Position numbers and translations under genes: made by a program
Notes under the pieces: generated by a model
Database searches by the model: none
The model's input: only the letters and a program-made list of their open reading frames with translations
What the model was told of the DNA's origin: nothing
Source: Zancudomyces culisetae HAW-14-8
Taxonomy: Eukaryota > Fungi > Kickxellomycota
Direction of reading: 5' to 3'
Assembly: GCA_052426225.1 (NCBI GenBank)
Contig: JBNJNM010000010.1
Span: forward strand, 434,001-498,000
Length of the DNA: 64,000 nt
In this document: positions 22,772 through 34,614 of the stretch, in pieces
Layout of the letters: each line of letters starts with the position of its first letter
How positions within the stretch are numbered: the stretch's first letter is position 1

Positions 22772-24250
22772 TTAGCTTGTGTCCATACTCACATCGATTT
22801 GGTTATTAGAAGCGTAGTTGGATTCAAAATTAGTATTCACACTGGTTAATTCACGTCGAACTTCTTCACTGATCAAGTGATGGTAGTGTACTTTAACTAG
22901 ATCCAAAATAGCATTTCGCTGATCAGGACTCAAGTCTCGTTTGTAACGCTGAGAAAAGACCAATAAACTCTGGTGCCATAATACTGGCAGTTTCATATCT
23001 GATGCTATTCCTCCATTGAAGTTCTTGTTGCTATTGTTAATGTTTTGGAAACTTATAAAGTAGTATACCAACGAGTCTATTACTTTGTATGGCAGAGCAT
23101 ATTTCTTGTCCAACAGAATTCTAATAAATATCGCCTTTGCGCCGTTATACGTGCTATCGGTGTCGCCATTGTCGGATCCAGAGAGTTGCAATAATGCTGC
23201 CGCACTGTGCAGTACTGGGATTGATACCTTTGCCAATACACTACCGACAATCACACATTCTTTCAGAGTTGTTGTATAGTACTGGTCTTCGCAAATAGGA
23301 AATAAAATCCCCTTAAAGAACGCTGCTGGCTTATATAGCGCCTTTTTCAGAGCCATGTACAAGTGGTAGTTGAGCTTTTTGTTTTGCTTGATATCTTCAC
23401 GAACATGTTCCAACACTATGGTATTTAAAAATATTTGTGCTTGTTTTGGCTTCATGTTACTAATAAATATCCTGGTTGCCATAAATACTGCATTGGCTGT
23501 CCAGTTCATAGGCTCGGTAATATCCAAAATATCCTGCCACATTCCAGTGTTACTCTTGGTCGACAATGTTGGGATTATCTTGAATGCCTTTGGTAGTGGT
23601 CCTGATTTATACCGACTCAAAATCTCCCCTATTTTCTTGTATACCTGGGCAATCTTTGGATTGATTTCTATACTTTCTCTTTTTTTACCTCGTTTGCCGT
23701 TTTCTTGTCCGCCCTCTCTACCCTCACCCATCTCTTGGTCACCAATACTACTGTTCTTGTTATTTCGGCTTTGCTCCTCAAGCTTTGCTGAAATTATATC
23801 TGCTATTGTTTGCTGCGCAGGCTCGCTGTTTGGAAGAAACCGTTTGAATGCCTCAAACTCCTTGTCGTCAATATCAAATTCTAGCTCCTCTCCGTCATCC
23901 TGGTCCTCCTCCAAATCGTCATACTGATCCTCACTGTAATACTCGAGATCTTGTGCCTCCCCAAATTGTTCTAGACTCTCAATACTTACTCCTCCTCCTT
24001 CTCCTCCCTGTTTTTGTTGCGCTTCTTGCTGTTCTTCAAGCTGTTGGATTCTAGCATTTTTCAAAATCTTACTAGTCATTTTTTCATCAACAACCGATGT
24101 GGTTCTCTCATTTCTCTTGTCTTCTCTCTTTGCATACTTTTTCTTTCTTTCTTTTACTCCATTGCTACCTGCCAAATTATTCGCATTTACGTATTCATAT
24201 TCCAGTGGAACATGTTTCTGTCTATCCTTGTCTTTTTTTATCCTAGGCAT
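22772..24250 (-). CDS. ENP1: Bystin / 40S biogenesis factor Enp1
   Basis: YKSGPLPKAFKIIP, KKLNYHLYMALKKALYKPAAFFKG, LLDKKYALPYKVID and LPVLWHQSLLVFSQRYK. Confidence 0.97.
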   Translation of the reverse strand: MPRIKKDKDRQKHVPLEYEYVNANNLAGSNGVKERKKKYAKREDKRNERTTSVVDEKMTSKILKNARIQQLEEQQEAQQKQGGEGGGVSIESLEQFGEAQDLEYYSEDQYDDLEEDQDDGEELEFDIDDKEFEAFKRFLPNSEPAQQTIADIISAKLEEQSRNNKNSSIGDQEMGEGREGGQENGKRGKKRESIEINPKIAQVYKKIGEILSRYKSGPLPKAFKIIPTLSTKSNTGMWQDILDITEPMNWTANAVFMATRIFISNMKPKQAQIFLNTIVLEHVREDIKQNKKLNYHLYMALKKALYKPAAFFKGILFPICEDQYYTTTLKECVIVGSVLAKVSIPVLHSAAALLQLSGSDNGDTDSTYNGAKAIFIRILLDKKYALPYKVIDSLVYYFISFQNINNSNKNFNGGIASDMKLPVLWHQSLLVFSQRYKRDLSPDQRNAILDLVKVHYHHLISEEVRRELTSVNTNFESNYASNNQIDVSMDTS

Positions 24251-24685
24251 TCTTTCTTTCCTTTTCCTTTTCCCTTTACTTTTCCTTTATCCTTTATTCT
24301 TTTTCCTTTATCCTTTCTTTTTGCTAGCCGTACCTAATATGAAATTTTTTTAAAAAAAAAAAAAAACGAGGCAAATAATAAAATTTTTTTTCTCGTATTA
24401 CAAGGTTGATCAGTAATTTTGGTGTATTTTTTCTTATTTTCTATTTTCTTAATTGCCATTACTATTTTGCATCTCCCACTATAACATAAAAAAAATTTTT
24501 TTTCCTCCCAATTACAAAGACTTTTAGAACAAACTAAAACACTAAAAAAAAAGAAAAAAAACAAATCAATAATTTATTTCACATGACTTTGATCTTCTCT
24601 TTAACAAACCCAATAATAAACAATATTTATCCCATTCTATTCCATATAACACTAACAAATTAACAAAATGTAATTGGGAACCGGG

Positions 24686-26465
24686 CTACCAATCATCAAC
24701 AGATCCGCCCTCGTTGCCACTATTGTTCAACATAATTGACCTCTTGACAAATGTTTCAAAATAGTTTGTGTATTTTTTCAGTTGGTCTCTGGCCTGATCG
24801 CCACCATCAGCGGTTGAATCCAGCAGCTGGTGTATTGTTGGAACATTGTCTGGTTTAAACCTGTCGAGCTCTCCTACTGGGATTGGAACACATACTTTCC
24901 CTGTCTTTGGATGTATACAGAACGGACTCTTCAGTAGATGGTTTATGTGTGTTGTTACGTTTTCATCCAATCTAGGATATACGTGCTGCAGCTTAATTTC
25001 GTCTATCAAGGACTCGGGCACGGCTCTGATGTTTTTGTTTTTTTTGTTTTCTTCATTGTATGTCTTTATTTCTTGTAAAATCTCTTCCCACCTCCCTACA
25101 GATATATTGGAGTCACCACCTTCCTGTTCCACTCCGTCCATAAGCAATTCGCTCTCTTCCTCCCATTTTTTATCCAGCTTTTGTGCTATCGCTTGTGGAA
25201 GTATCTCTAGTAGATTTTTCCATGTCTTTGGATGCTTTAGCAACTCTTGATCTTCCAGAATCAGCTTTTTAAACACTTTATCGACCTCTTTGATTGCCCT
25301 CAATACCAATGGATGATCCTTATCATCACCCAATGTTACTTTTTTACTTTGTTGCGACCCTCCCTATTTCCATTATCGCTAGTCACATCAATACCAATAT
25401 CTTTTTTATATTATATTACTCCATCTTGTATTCTACTCAATAGTGAAACCTACCTTTATTAGTGTTAAATATCCAACTACCGCTCTGCGCGCATTGTTGT
25501 CCATTTTTCTTGCCCGCTTGTCACATACCCAACAATGAATTCCTCTTCTTCCACTATACACAAACATAATGGACTGGAATCCGAAATCCTCTATTTACAA
25601 TAAAAACAATTACCATTCATAAATTATTATTCAAAATATATTAGTTATCGATCCAATATTTTAGGTTCAACTGCTGAACATGAGATGGCGTGGGGTCGTA
25701 GCCAGACTCCACAAATAAATGCATCAGTTCACTTATTACCTCTCAATGTCTTTTCTAATATTTTCATTGCTACTGTCATCCATCCCCAACACTTATTACA
25801 TATATCTCCTCCCGTACAACATGTTCGAATATCATCGTAGTCAGTCATATCTATATCAAATACCAGCTCCTTTTCTAGCGGCTTAAAGACCTCAGCATGT
25901 ACTGTCTTTGCTAGTTTTGGCTATTTTGTTTTGTTTTATGATACATTATCTCCATTAGTATTCGTACGTGTAAAATATTCTACTAAAATGCTGCGTTTGC
26001 TTTTCATAAAAACATTTAACCAGTTTTGTGTGTATTCAGCTACAAAAATCAAATTCTTACCGCAATGTTATATACTGCACCAATATCTATTTTGTTTGGA
26101 TACTTGTCCACCAGGTCCTTTTTAAACTCCTCGATTCCGTTGTAGGACTGGTATCTCAGGTATATATCGCTTTTTATGGTAAAACTAAACTCTCTGTTTC
26201 TGATATTTTGCGTGACAGTATCTATGTTTTAATACGTATTCCAAAAACATTAGTATACTCATAATTTATATTAAAAAAAACATGTACTGGTACCTTCTCC
26301 ATTATAATTTAACCATTTGTAATATGGTTGATGTGGAAATACTGTCATGTAAAACTGCTTCATTTCCATTGCTGATATTTGCCGCATTTCGTCTTTTATC
26401 ACAGGCTTTGTATTTGTTGCCTTCAAGTTTTCTTGGGTTACATCGTCCATTTCTAGCTCTATCAT
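24686..26465 (-). CDS. PRI1: DNA primase small (catalytic) subunit
   Basis: Exons 26465-26294, 26221-26061, 25920-25740, 25590-25454 and 25363-24686. Motifs [39 protein letters not shown] and YPRLD..VT...[15 protein letters not shown]. Confidence 0.96.
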
Positions 26466-26971
26466 TTTCTCTTTTACTTCTTCCCGCTTGCTTTTTTTTG
26501 TTTTTGTAGTCGTAGTTGTTGTACTAAAATTTATACAGTTGCAATTACCTGCCCTTGAACTAGTATTGCTTTTTTTGTTTTCTTTTCTTCTCTTTTCTGT
26601 TTAGTTTCTGTTTGTTATTATTTCTGTTCTCCGTACCCTATTTGCTGATTTTATTGATCATTAATCACTGAACATTTCTTTCAATCCCTTCACTCAAGTA
26701 AACCAACTAAAATTCACGTTACTGATTGGCCCAATTATATCAAGTAGCTATTGGCTAGGCTTCGAGTTGAATCAAAAAAAAATTTGTGGGTTATGAAAAC
26801 ATCATCAAAAAAAAATTAAAAAAATTCCTGTATTTGAATGGCCTGAAAAGAAAAAAAAATTTTTTTTTTCAGTAGTTTACATGTAAATATCCAAACTATT
26901 ACTCTTTCAGTTTTTTCTTAATAGCTCATACTTACCTTGCTACCGAAAATCTTTGGAAATTTTGATCGAAA

Positions 26972-27705
26972 ATGAGATTAGAAAAGTGCTACTTTTGCTC
27001 TTCGACCGTCTACCCAGGTCACGGAACAATGTTTGTTCGAAATGATGGAAAGGTATTTATTTTTATTTGATTGTTGATTCTAGATTTTATATCTTTTATT
27101 CAGTATTTATCAAATTCATATACTATTTTATATTTTGTGTGTTTTCGTTCATGCTAAACATCGGCCTAACTCTTCCAATGTTTTTTAATATCATAGCTAT
27201 TTAGATTTTGTAGATCCAAGTGCCACAAGAACTACAAAATGAAGAGAAACCCACGTAAACTCAGGTGGACAAAGGCCTTCAGAAAGGCTGCTGGAAAAGA
27301 AATGGCTATTGTAAGTATTGCTAAAATACCAATTATATTGCTACATATATAATACTCAAAATTTAAAATTCCATATCTAATTTCCTGTGTCTTCTATATT
27401 TTCCCGCCTTCTAAAAACAATAGGATTCGACCTTTGAATTCGAGAAGAGAAGAAACGTTCCAGTACGATACGATCGTGATCTCATGCAGACAACTATTAA
27501 GGCTATGAAGAGAATACAAGAAATCAAGGCACGTCGTGAACATGCCTTCTATAAACAACGCATGGCTGGCAAGAAGGAGATCGAGTATCTTCAGAACGTC
27601 AGAGAAGTCGAGAAGAATGTCCACATTGTCAACACTCCTAAAATCACTAAACTTGAGATCCAAAAAGTTACCGAAAAAACCACAAAGATGGATGTTGATA
27701 AATAA
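26972..27705 (+). CDS. RLP24: Ribosome biogenesis protein Rlp24 (RSL24D1)
   Basis: Exons 26972-27052, 27197-27310 and 27424-27705: [18 protein letters not shown]...[29 protein letters not shown]...[18 protein letters not shown]. Confidence 0.97.
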
Positions 27706-28229
27706 AAAAGCCTTTTTTTACATCCACTTCCACACAAAAAGTGTAAAAAAATAATTAATGACTGGTCCGTTCGATAGTATACTGTCATTCTGATTTTTTT
27801 TTGATTTTCGAGCCTCCACTGACCGGCTAAACTGCGAATATGTGTGTATTCGTACAAATTTTGGATCCTCTCTACCTTGGAGTCATCATTGTATAAAGCT
27901 CACAAAGATTTACTTGTATATTCACTTCATTTTTGCTATGTACCTTTTTTTTCTATTGCACCATTGATTTTCATATAGATCCCCCCCCTCCCGTAGCTTT
28001 TTGTTTTTGGTCATTAGAACATGTTAATAAATCTGATTAACTTTTGTACCACTTTGAGGCTGTAGTGTCCTCTCTATTTCCTCTCTCCTCGCGCCCACTA
28101 AAATTAAAAATACCTTTTATACTAGTATTATAAAGATATGCATTATAGGCAGTATTGGAAAAATAGTTTATTTAGCATCTGTTCTAATCTACATTAGAGT
28201 AATGAAAAATGACAAGTTAAATACAAGAG

Positions 28230-31200
28230 TTAGAAAATTTCAAATTTTCTCAATCTTATGAGGCTGTTTAAAGCCGACTCAGGGTTTGCTATCAGCGTAT
28301 TCTTGTCACCATATTCGACTACATTTCCTTGGTCTATTACGATAATTTTGTCACAGCTGAGGATGGTTTTGACTCTGTGTGCTATCTTAATCACAGTACA
28401 ATCTGAAAACTCACTTTTAATGATATCATTAAATAGCTGTTCAAATTGTGGATCCAACGCGGTGGTAGTCTCGTCAATTATCAGAATACTTGATTTGTGC
28501 AAGATGGTTCTAGCCAAACAAATTGAGAGTCTGTGGTTTATTGAGATATTTGCTCCTTTTTTAGATATTTTCAGCGCCAGCCCGTCCTGATATAAATCTT
28601 CGTAGCTTTCGCCTTTTTGACTAGTTTTCATGAGCTTTGCCCTACGCATGCGTTCTTCCGAGATCCCAAGCACCCACTCTTTAAGTTTTGTAATTTCCAA
28701 CACTCGCCAAATATTTTCATCGGTGTGGATATTAAATGGGTCCAAATTCTCTCTGAGAGTGCCAGTGAATAATACTGGTTGATCAAGGATCAATTGTATC
28801 CGTGATCGTAGCTGGACTAGGCAAATGTTTTTAATGTCGACTCCATCTACTTCTACTATTCCAGACGTTACATCGAATAGTCTAAACAGTGACAACACGA
28901 AACTAGACTTTCCTGAGCCTGTTCTCCCAATAACTCCTACTTTTACTCCTGGAGGGATAACCAGGTTGACATCCTTTAGTACCCAGTCAAGTTCCTCTCT
29001 ATATTTTGCGCTGTAGTTTTTAAATTCTATCTTTCCTGCACCCGGCCATCCGCTAATAAAACGCAGTGTAGCGTCATCATCAGGCTCTTCTGGTTTTAGC
29101 TGCGCATATGTTCTGTTGTTTTCTACGGCACTTATCTTGAATTCCATTTCCACAGCTTGCAGAATACTCAAAGTTAGCCACATTGTAACATTAATACTAA
29201 ATGTAACCGCCAAGGATATTTTTGACGATCCAAAGTGGAAGACCCCAAACACACTTGGATACTGAATTTCAAATACGCAAATCAGTGTCGAAAGCAGGAT
29301 TACATACGATCCCAACAACTCAACACGCATTACCAACCAGTTGTTTATTGACAGTACATAGTATTTCATGTTGATGTTTTTTTTTACCGACTCGAGACAA
29401 ATAGAGTAAAACCGATCTACCTGGTTCGAAAGCCTAATGGTTAATATACCATTCAATGTCTCTTGAAGCTGCTGGTTTATCGGTTTCTGTGTTTTGGATT
29501 CCAGAATTTTTAATTTTCGACAAGGGCTGGAGTATACTTGCAGAAGTACAAAGTAGGCAATAATAATCGGAATCGTTGCAAAGGCAAACACTTTTATGTT
29601 GATGATAATAATGACAAACAGCGCGATGGTAGACACTGTGCTTGTTGCCCACGCATCAAACGCAGCTGGGATTTCCTTGTCAATTACTTCCTGGTCGTTA
29701 TTAAATACATCCATTATTTCATCATTCGGTCTGTTTTCGAAAAACGAGATGGGCGCTCTTAAAAGACCCAGTAGCAGCCCAGAATGTGTTTTGGCTGCTG
29801 ATTTTCTAGCACACGGTACCCACATCACCAAGTGTTGAATCGAATGCGTAAGCGCCTGGATAAATCCAATTAGCAACAGCACAAAGAGAAAGCTAAAGTC
29901 AGAAAAGTTCTTGTACGTAGTTGCACTCTTACTCGACCACACTGACAGCCAAAAACCATTTCCTATGATTAGAGATTGACTAACAGCTAGAAAAAAGGCA
30001 TAGTACAAAATTCCAATCAGGTTCGTTGTATTCAAATACACCCAAAACATGTTCCACCTGAAACTCTTCTTTCCAATGGTAATTTTTTTTTTTACATGAC
30101 TGATATTTGAGTCGTATTCTGTTTCTACAGATTTCGCTAGATACTCATCTTTTATCAACGGGTATAACTCTTTAATTTTTTTTGCCATTAGCTGGAGTTT
30201 TTTCTTTTTTTCTTGTTTCTTAACCAGTATTTCAACGTCCAATGCGTTGCTGAAATCAACGATCCCCTCAGTAAAATAACTTTCGATCTCCTCAATGTTT
30301 TTCGTTGACAAGAAATTGTTATCATAAATCAGTTTGACCATCGAACCATCATCCACCAGCTCCACTCCACTATAGTATTTACTTTTAAGTAAAGCGTGGA
30401 GCAGCCCATTTCTATTGGTAACTAGTGTATCAAACGAACCACTTTCTACAACCTGACCTTTGTCCATTACATATATCCGGCTCATCAATGGAAGGTATGG
30501 AGCAAGACTAACAATAGCAACACGTGCCTTGTTTTTTAAAATACCGTTTGGCCCCAGTATCTTTTTCATAATATAATAGCCTATGTAGGGATCTAAGTTT
30601 GCTAAAAAATCCTCAAACAGGTAAATATCCGAGTCGGCGTATACAGCCCTTGCCAGACATATCAAGAGCTTTTGTTTCTCCGACAACTGAACACCACCTC
30701 TACCAACCTCTGTGTTGTCCTTGTTTTTAAAATTCGAGATATCTTTTTCCAATAAGCATACTTCTATAACTTTTTGATACCGCTTTGGGTTCATCTGATT
30801 TCCAAGAAGAATATTTTCTCGAATCGACCCAAAGAATACCCATGGCTTTTGGGAGACATATGAGATCTTACCACGAAGTTCAAACTTGCCCTGAATTTTA
30901 TCCATCTCTCCTAGTATGGAGGATATCAGTGATGCCTTTCCAGTATGTTTTTTCCCCACTATGGCTACAATATCGCCGCCTCTGCAACAAAAATTAATGT
31001 TTGATAATGGAACCCTGTACTCTGAATATTCCGAAAAGTAGAAATCATCATCCAATATTGGCTTATATAATGGATTAGTTTGCTCTTCCTTCTTTACGCT
31101 TGGTTCATACAAAAAACCTTCATCATGTTTATTTATCAAAAGCTGCGATTTTCTGGGAGTATCGACTATGTTTTTTGACATAAAGAGTCCGTTTTCAATT

Positions 31201-33245
31201 TTAATCATAGGCTCTTCAACAAAATCATGTACTTTTTCTTGGCTGGTATCGCCAGTTCCATCGTATCCATCGATCAACCTATCTTCACTGCAGGGCAATT
31301 CTTCAAGCATTAGAAAGTTAAAAATCTCGTTTATTTGCGTCCTTGCATCACATATTTTGAAAAACGTTGGGATAAAGCTGTTTAAGGGTTGTTTCAAGTT
31401 ATTGAAGACGGAAATGGTTACAAACATCATTTTAGGGATAATCGGACCCTTTGGTAGGTTTCTTAGAACATAGTAGAAAAATGTTGCAAACGGGATCATA
31501 AAGTAGAGAAAGGTCAAGGTAAAATCTTGAATCAGCGAGATGTATCCTATTCTCTTGAATTCGCTAATTTCTTTGGATTTTCTGGCATTATTGACCTTGT
31601 TGTAGAATTCGATTTCCCACGCATTGAGTTTTATGGACTTAAAAATCTCCAACATTTCTTCGACAATACTCAGTCTTTCTTTTTTTTTAAGCGCAACGTT
31701 GGCCTTGATACTTTGATTAAACTTGTTTATTTTGAAGGTTAGAATTGAGCCCAGTATGATTGCCACTAGCCCAAAAAAAAACCCAAAACCAACAATTGTA
31801 TAAAGAAAATATCCCGAAAGAATCACCTGAAGCGGAGTTCCCCATAGTTCATGTAGTAATTCGGTGCCATCGGCGACTGCTTGAACGCCAGTAGAATAGA
31901 TCTGGCTTATTTTTTTAGTGTTGTATTTTTGTCGGCTAACGGCTGACAGAACCAGACTTTTTTTAATAACACGTGAGGTCAGCGAAATTCTCACCTTGAA
32001 CTTTGATAGTGCTGCCTCACGCTTGTAGTGCGCAGACGAGATTGCCTGCGTAACGGATGCTAGACACATGGATACTGACAACAGGATACCTATTGAAAGA
32101 TTGGTGACTTTTTGCGTTTCGTACTTGTAAACATAGCTTAGGAGTTCTGCAAACGCCACCATCAAGAGAAATTTTGCAAGTTCGTTGATTAATTTCAGAA
32201 CAAATGAAACTACCAACGTGTATCTACAGATATTAAACAGCACCTTTTTCAAATTAGGATTTTTTGGGTTTTTATTTGTCTCCTCTTTCCATAAACTGTT
32301 AAACAATCCGGTTATCCTTGAAGAGTCCAAGCATTCTGGTAGTGGCCATATATCATGCAGTTTCAACTTTTTCTTGTCACATCGTTTGAGTACTTTTAGA
32401 GCCCAATGAAAAGAAAGTCGTGAATATATCACCGATACCATTTCTGGTGCAATATTATGTTCTAGTTGACCAGTAAGCACCATGTGTTTTCTTATCTCCG
32501 TCTTTTTCCATAATTCAAGTATCCATGTAGAAAGCTCGAAAACCAGCTCTATAATCAATACAACTATTATTTTAGTGAAATAGGAGTTGTCTTTGAGCAC
32601 TTTTACTTCCCAGATCATTAGAGTGACATGTATAAAGGTAAAGTTCCAATATAGCAAGAGAATATCTGATTGACTTGAGCTCCTAGTCTGCTCATAATGA
32701 TGTAGTACGAGCGCTACTATTCCAACAAAAACACTTAGTATATATGCCACTACTGATGCATTAATTTTTGGAGCAATTGGTATATTCGAGAAAAAGATAC
32801 TTTGGATAATTCTTAAAACCAACGAGCAAAGAATAAGAGACATTTGTGCATAGTATTTTAATCCTTTAGTAAGGTTGCTTGGTAGTTTTCTCTTTCTTGA
32901 TAAGTACAGGATTTTTCTTATTCCAAAAATCAAGAAAATTAAATTTACAGATTGATAGTACGCTATGTTGAGTACACACACAGGAATATATAGACTGGTT
33001 CCCTGTGAGAGTTTATTCTAATTTATATATAAATAGATGAGTGAATGAATGAATTGATGGACGGGTAGATAGGTAGATAAATGGATGAATCGATCGGTTA
33101 GATGTGTCAAAGTAAATTATTACAAAAAAATTGTGTACCTCGATCAATATAAATTTCTTATGAATATATATGTAATAAATGTAGGTATATTTGTACTTAC
33201 AAAGCCTAATCCATCATAACAAAATTGCCCTGTTGTGTGTGTCAT
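28230..33245 (-). CDS. ABCC/MRP-family (Ycf1-like) transporter with TMD0 and degenerate nucleotide-binding motifs
   Basis: TMD0-TMD1-NBD1-TMD2-NBD2 layout with SRLSFHW, WP..GKIEF.NYS.KYR and GRTGSGKSS. Probable first exon 33245-33201 (MTHTTGQFCYDGLGF) joins in frame to 33017. Confidence 0.93.
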
Positions 33246-33593
33246 ATTCAGTTTCGTTAATACTTGTCGTTTATACAAAAACAATCGAGTTTGTTATCTG
33301 GATTCAAAGTTACTGCGAGTTGTTGATCGTTATAGTATGTTTTTTTTTTCCACTAGTGTTTGCATCTTGTATATCTCATAGCAATTCCAATACCGCTATA
33401 TCCGTTTGTTTTACACAGTGAAAAAAACTCGCTTACTATTCTTGCTTTAACTGAACTTATATTTCTACGTACTCTTTTATCGTTTTTTATTATTTTTACT
33501 TTTATTTTTGTGAATAGTAAAAAGAGAATAGTAATTGATATAACACTGTACAATTTCTATTATTGCTGAAACCGAAAAAAATAAAAAATAAAA

Positions 33594-33630
33594 CACTACC
33601 ACTAACCACTAACAACTAACCACTAACCAT
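33594..33630 (+). repeat. Short heptamer tandem repeat (CACTAAC-like, about 5 copies)
   Basis: cactac cactaac cactaac aactaac cactaac cat. Confidence 0.7.
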
Positions 33631-34614
33631 GACTACCAATATCTTGTATATACAAATCATGTTGTTTCTATAGAGCAGCGATAATGATAATAAAACCTAT
33701 CATTGCGGATGCTTCAAACTAAAGTACTTGTTCTTGTGATTTGGCGGGTTTCCCTCTTTTTGCTGGATTTGTTTTGAGCAAAAGAAAAAAAAAAGAAAAA
33801 AAGGAATTAAACCCAAAAACTCAAAAATCCAAGCAAATACAATATGTATCCTGAACACATCCAAGTAGCTTGCTTTGTGCGTTGCAAATATTTGCATGTT
33901 TAACCACCTTTTAAAAGGATAAAATGTATACTTTTATTTATTTGATCTTTTACTAGCTTGTTGGCAAATGATTTTGATTTGCAGATCACAAAAGGAATAA
34001 TGATTGTAATAATAATTTTTAGGAGGTTTTATGGTTTCACACTAGTGGAAATACATACAAAAAGTATCACCAAATATTTATGAAAAGGTTTACAATGCGG
34101 GCAATGAATAAATATGGGATAAGCAAGAGAGAAACAAAAAAAAAAAGAAAACGAAACAAAAAGGGAAGGGAAGGGAAGGAAAAAGAGAAAGCGGAACAAT
34201 ACTTATTTCACAAACCAACGCTTGTGTGTATAGCTTGCAAATTTTCCACCTATGTATTATTTGGTTGAGTTTATGGGGCCAGCTTTGTTAGCTTTATTTA
34301 CTAATTCTATTTTTGTTGTTTTGCTGCTATATTTTTTCTGGGTTGAAATTAGTCCCAAAAAAAAAAGAAAATATTTTGAAATTGTCACTGCCTTCCTCTT
34401 CCCTCCCCCTACCCCCCCCCTAACCATAAAATGACCTGAAAGACTTGGAATTTCAGGACAAAAATGAAAAAAAGAACAATAAAAGTTTAAAACCATAACA
34501 ATTTCAGTAATAACAGCAAACTGGATTACCTGAAACAAAAAAAAGATAAAAAGCAAAATTAAAAGCAAAAGCAAAAGTTCATATTCACAACCATAACCAC
34601 AACATAGTCTTAGG

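Noticed and set aside
27758-27793. Box C/D-like ATGA...CTGA segment with TGGTCCGT behind RLP24
   Set aside because: Box C is non-consensus, the segment is too short, and rRNA complementarity is only about 8 nt.
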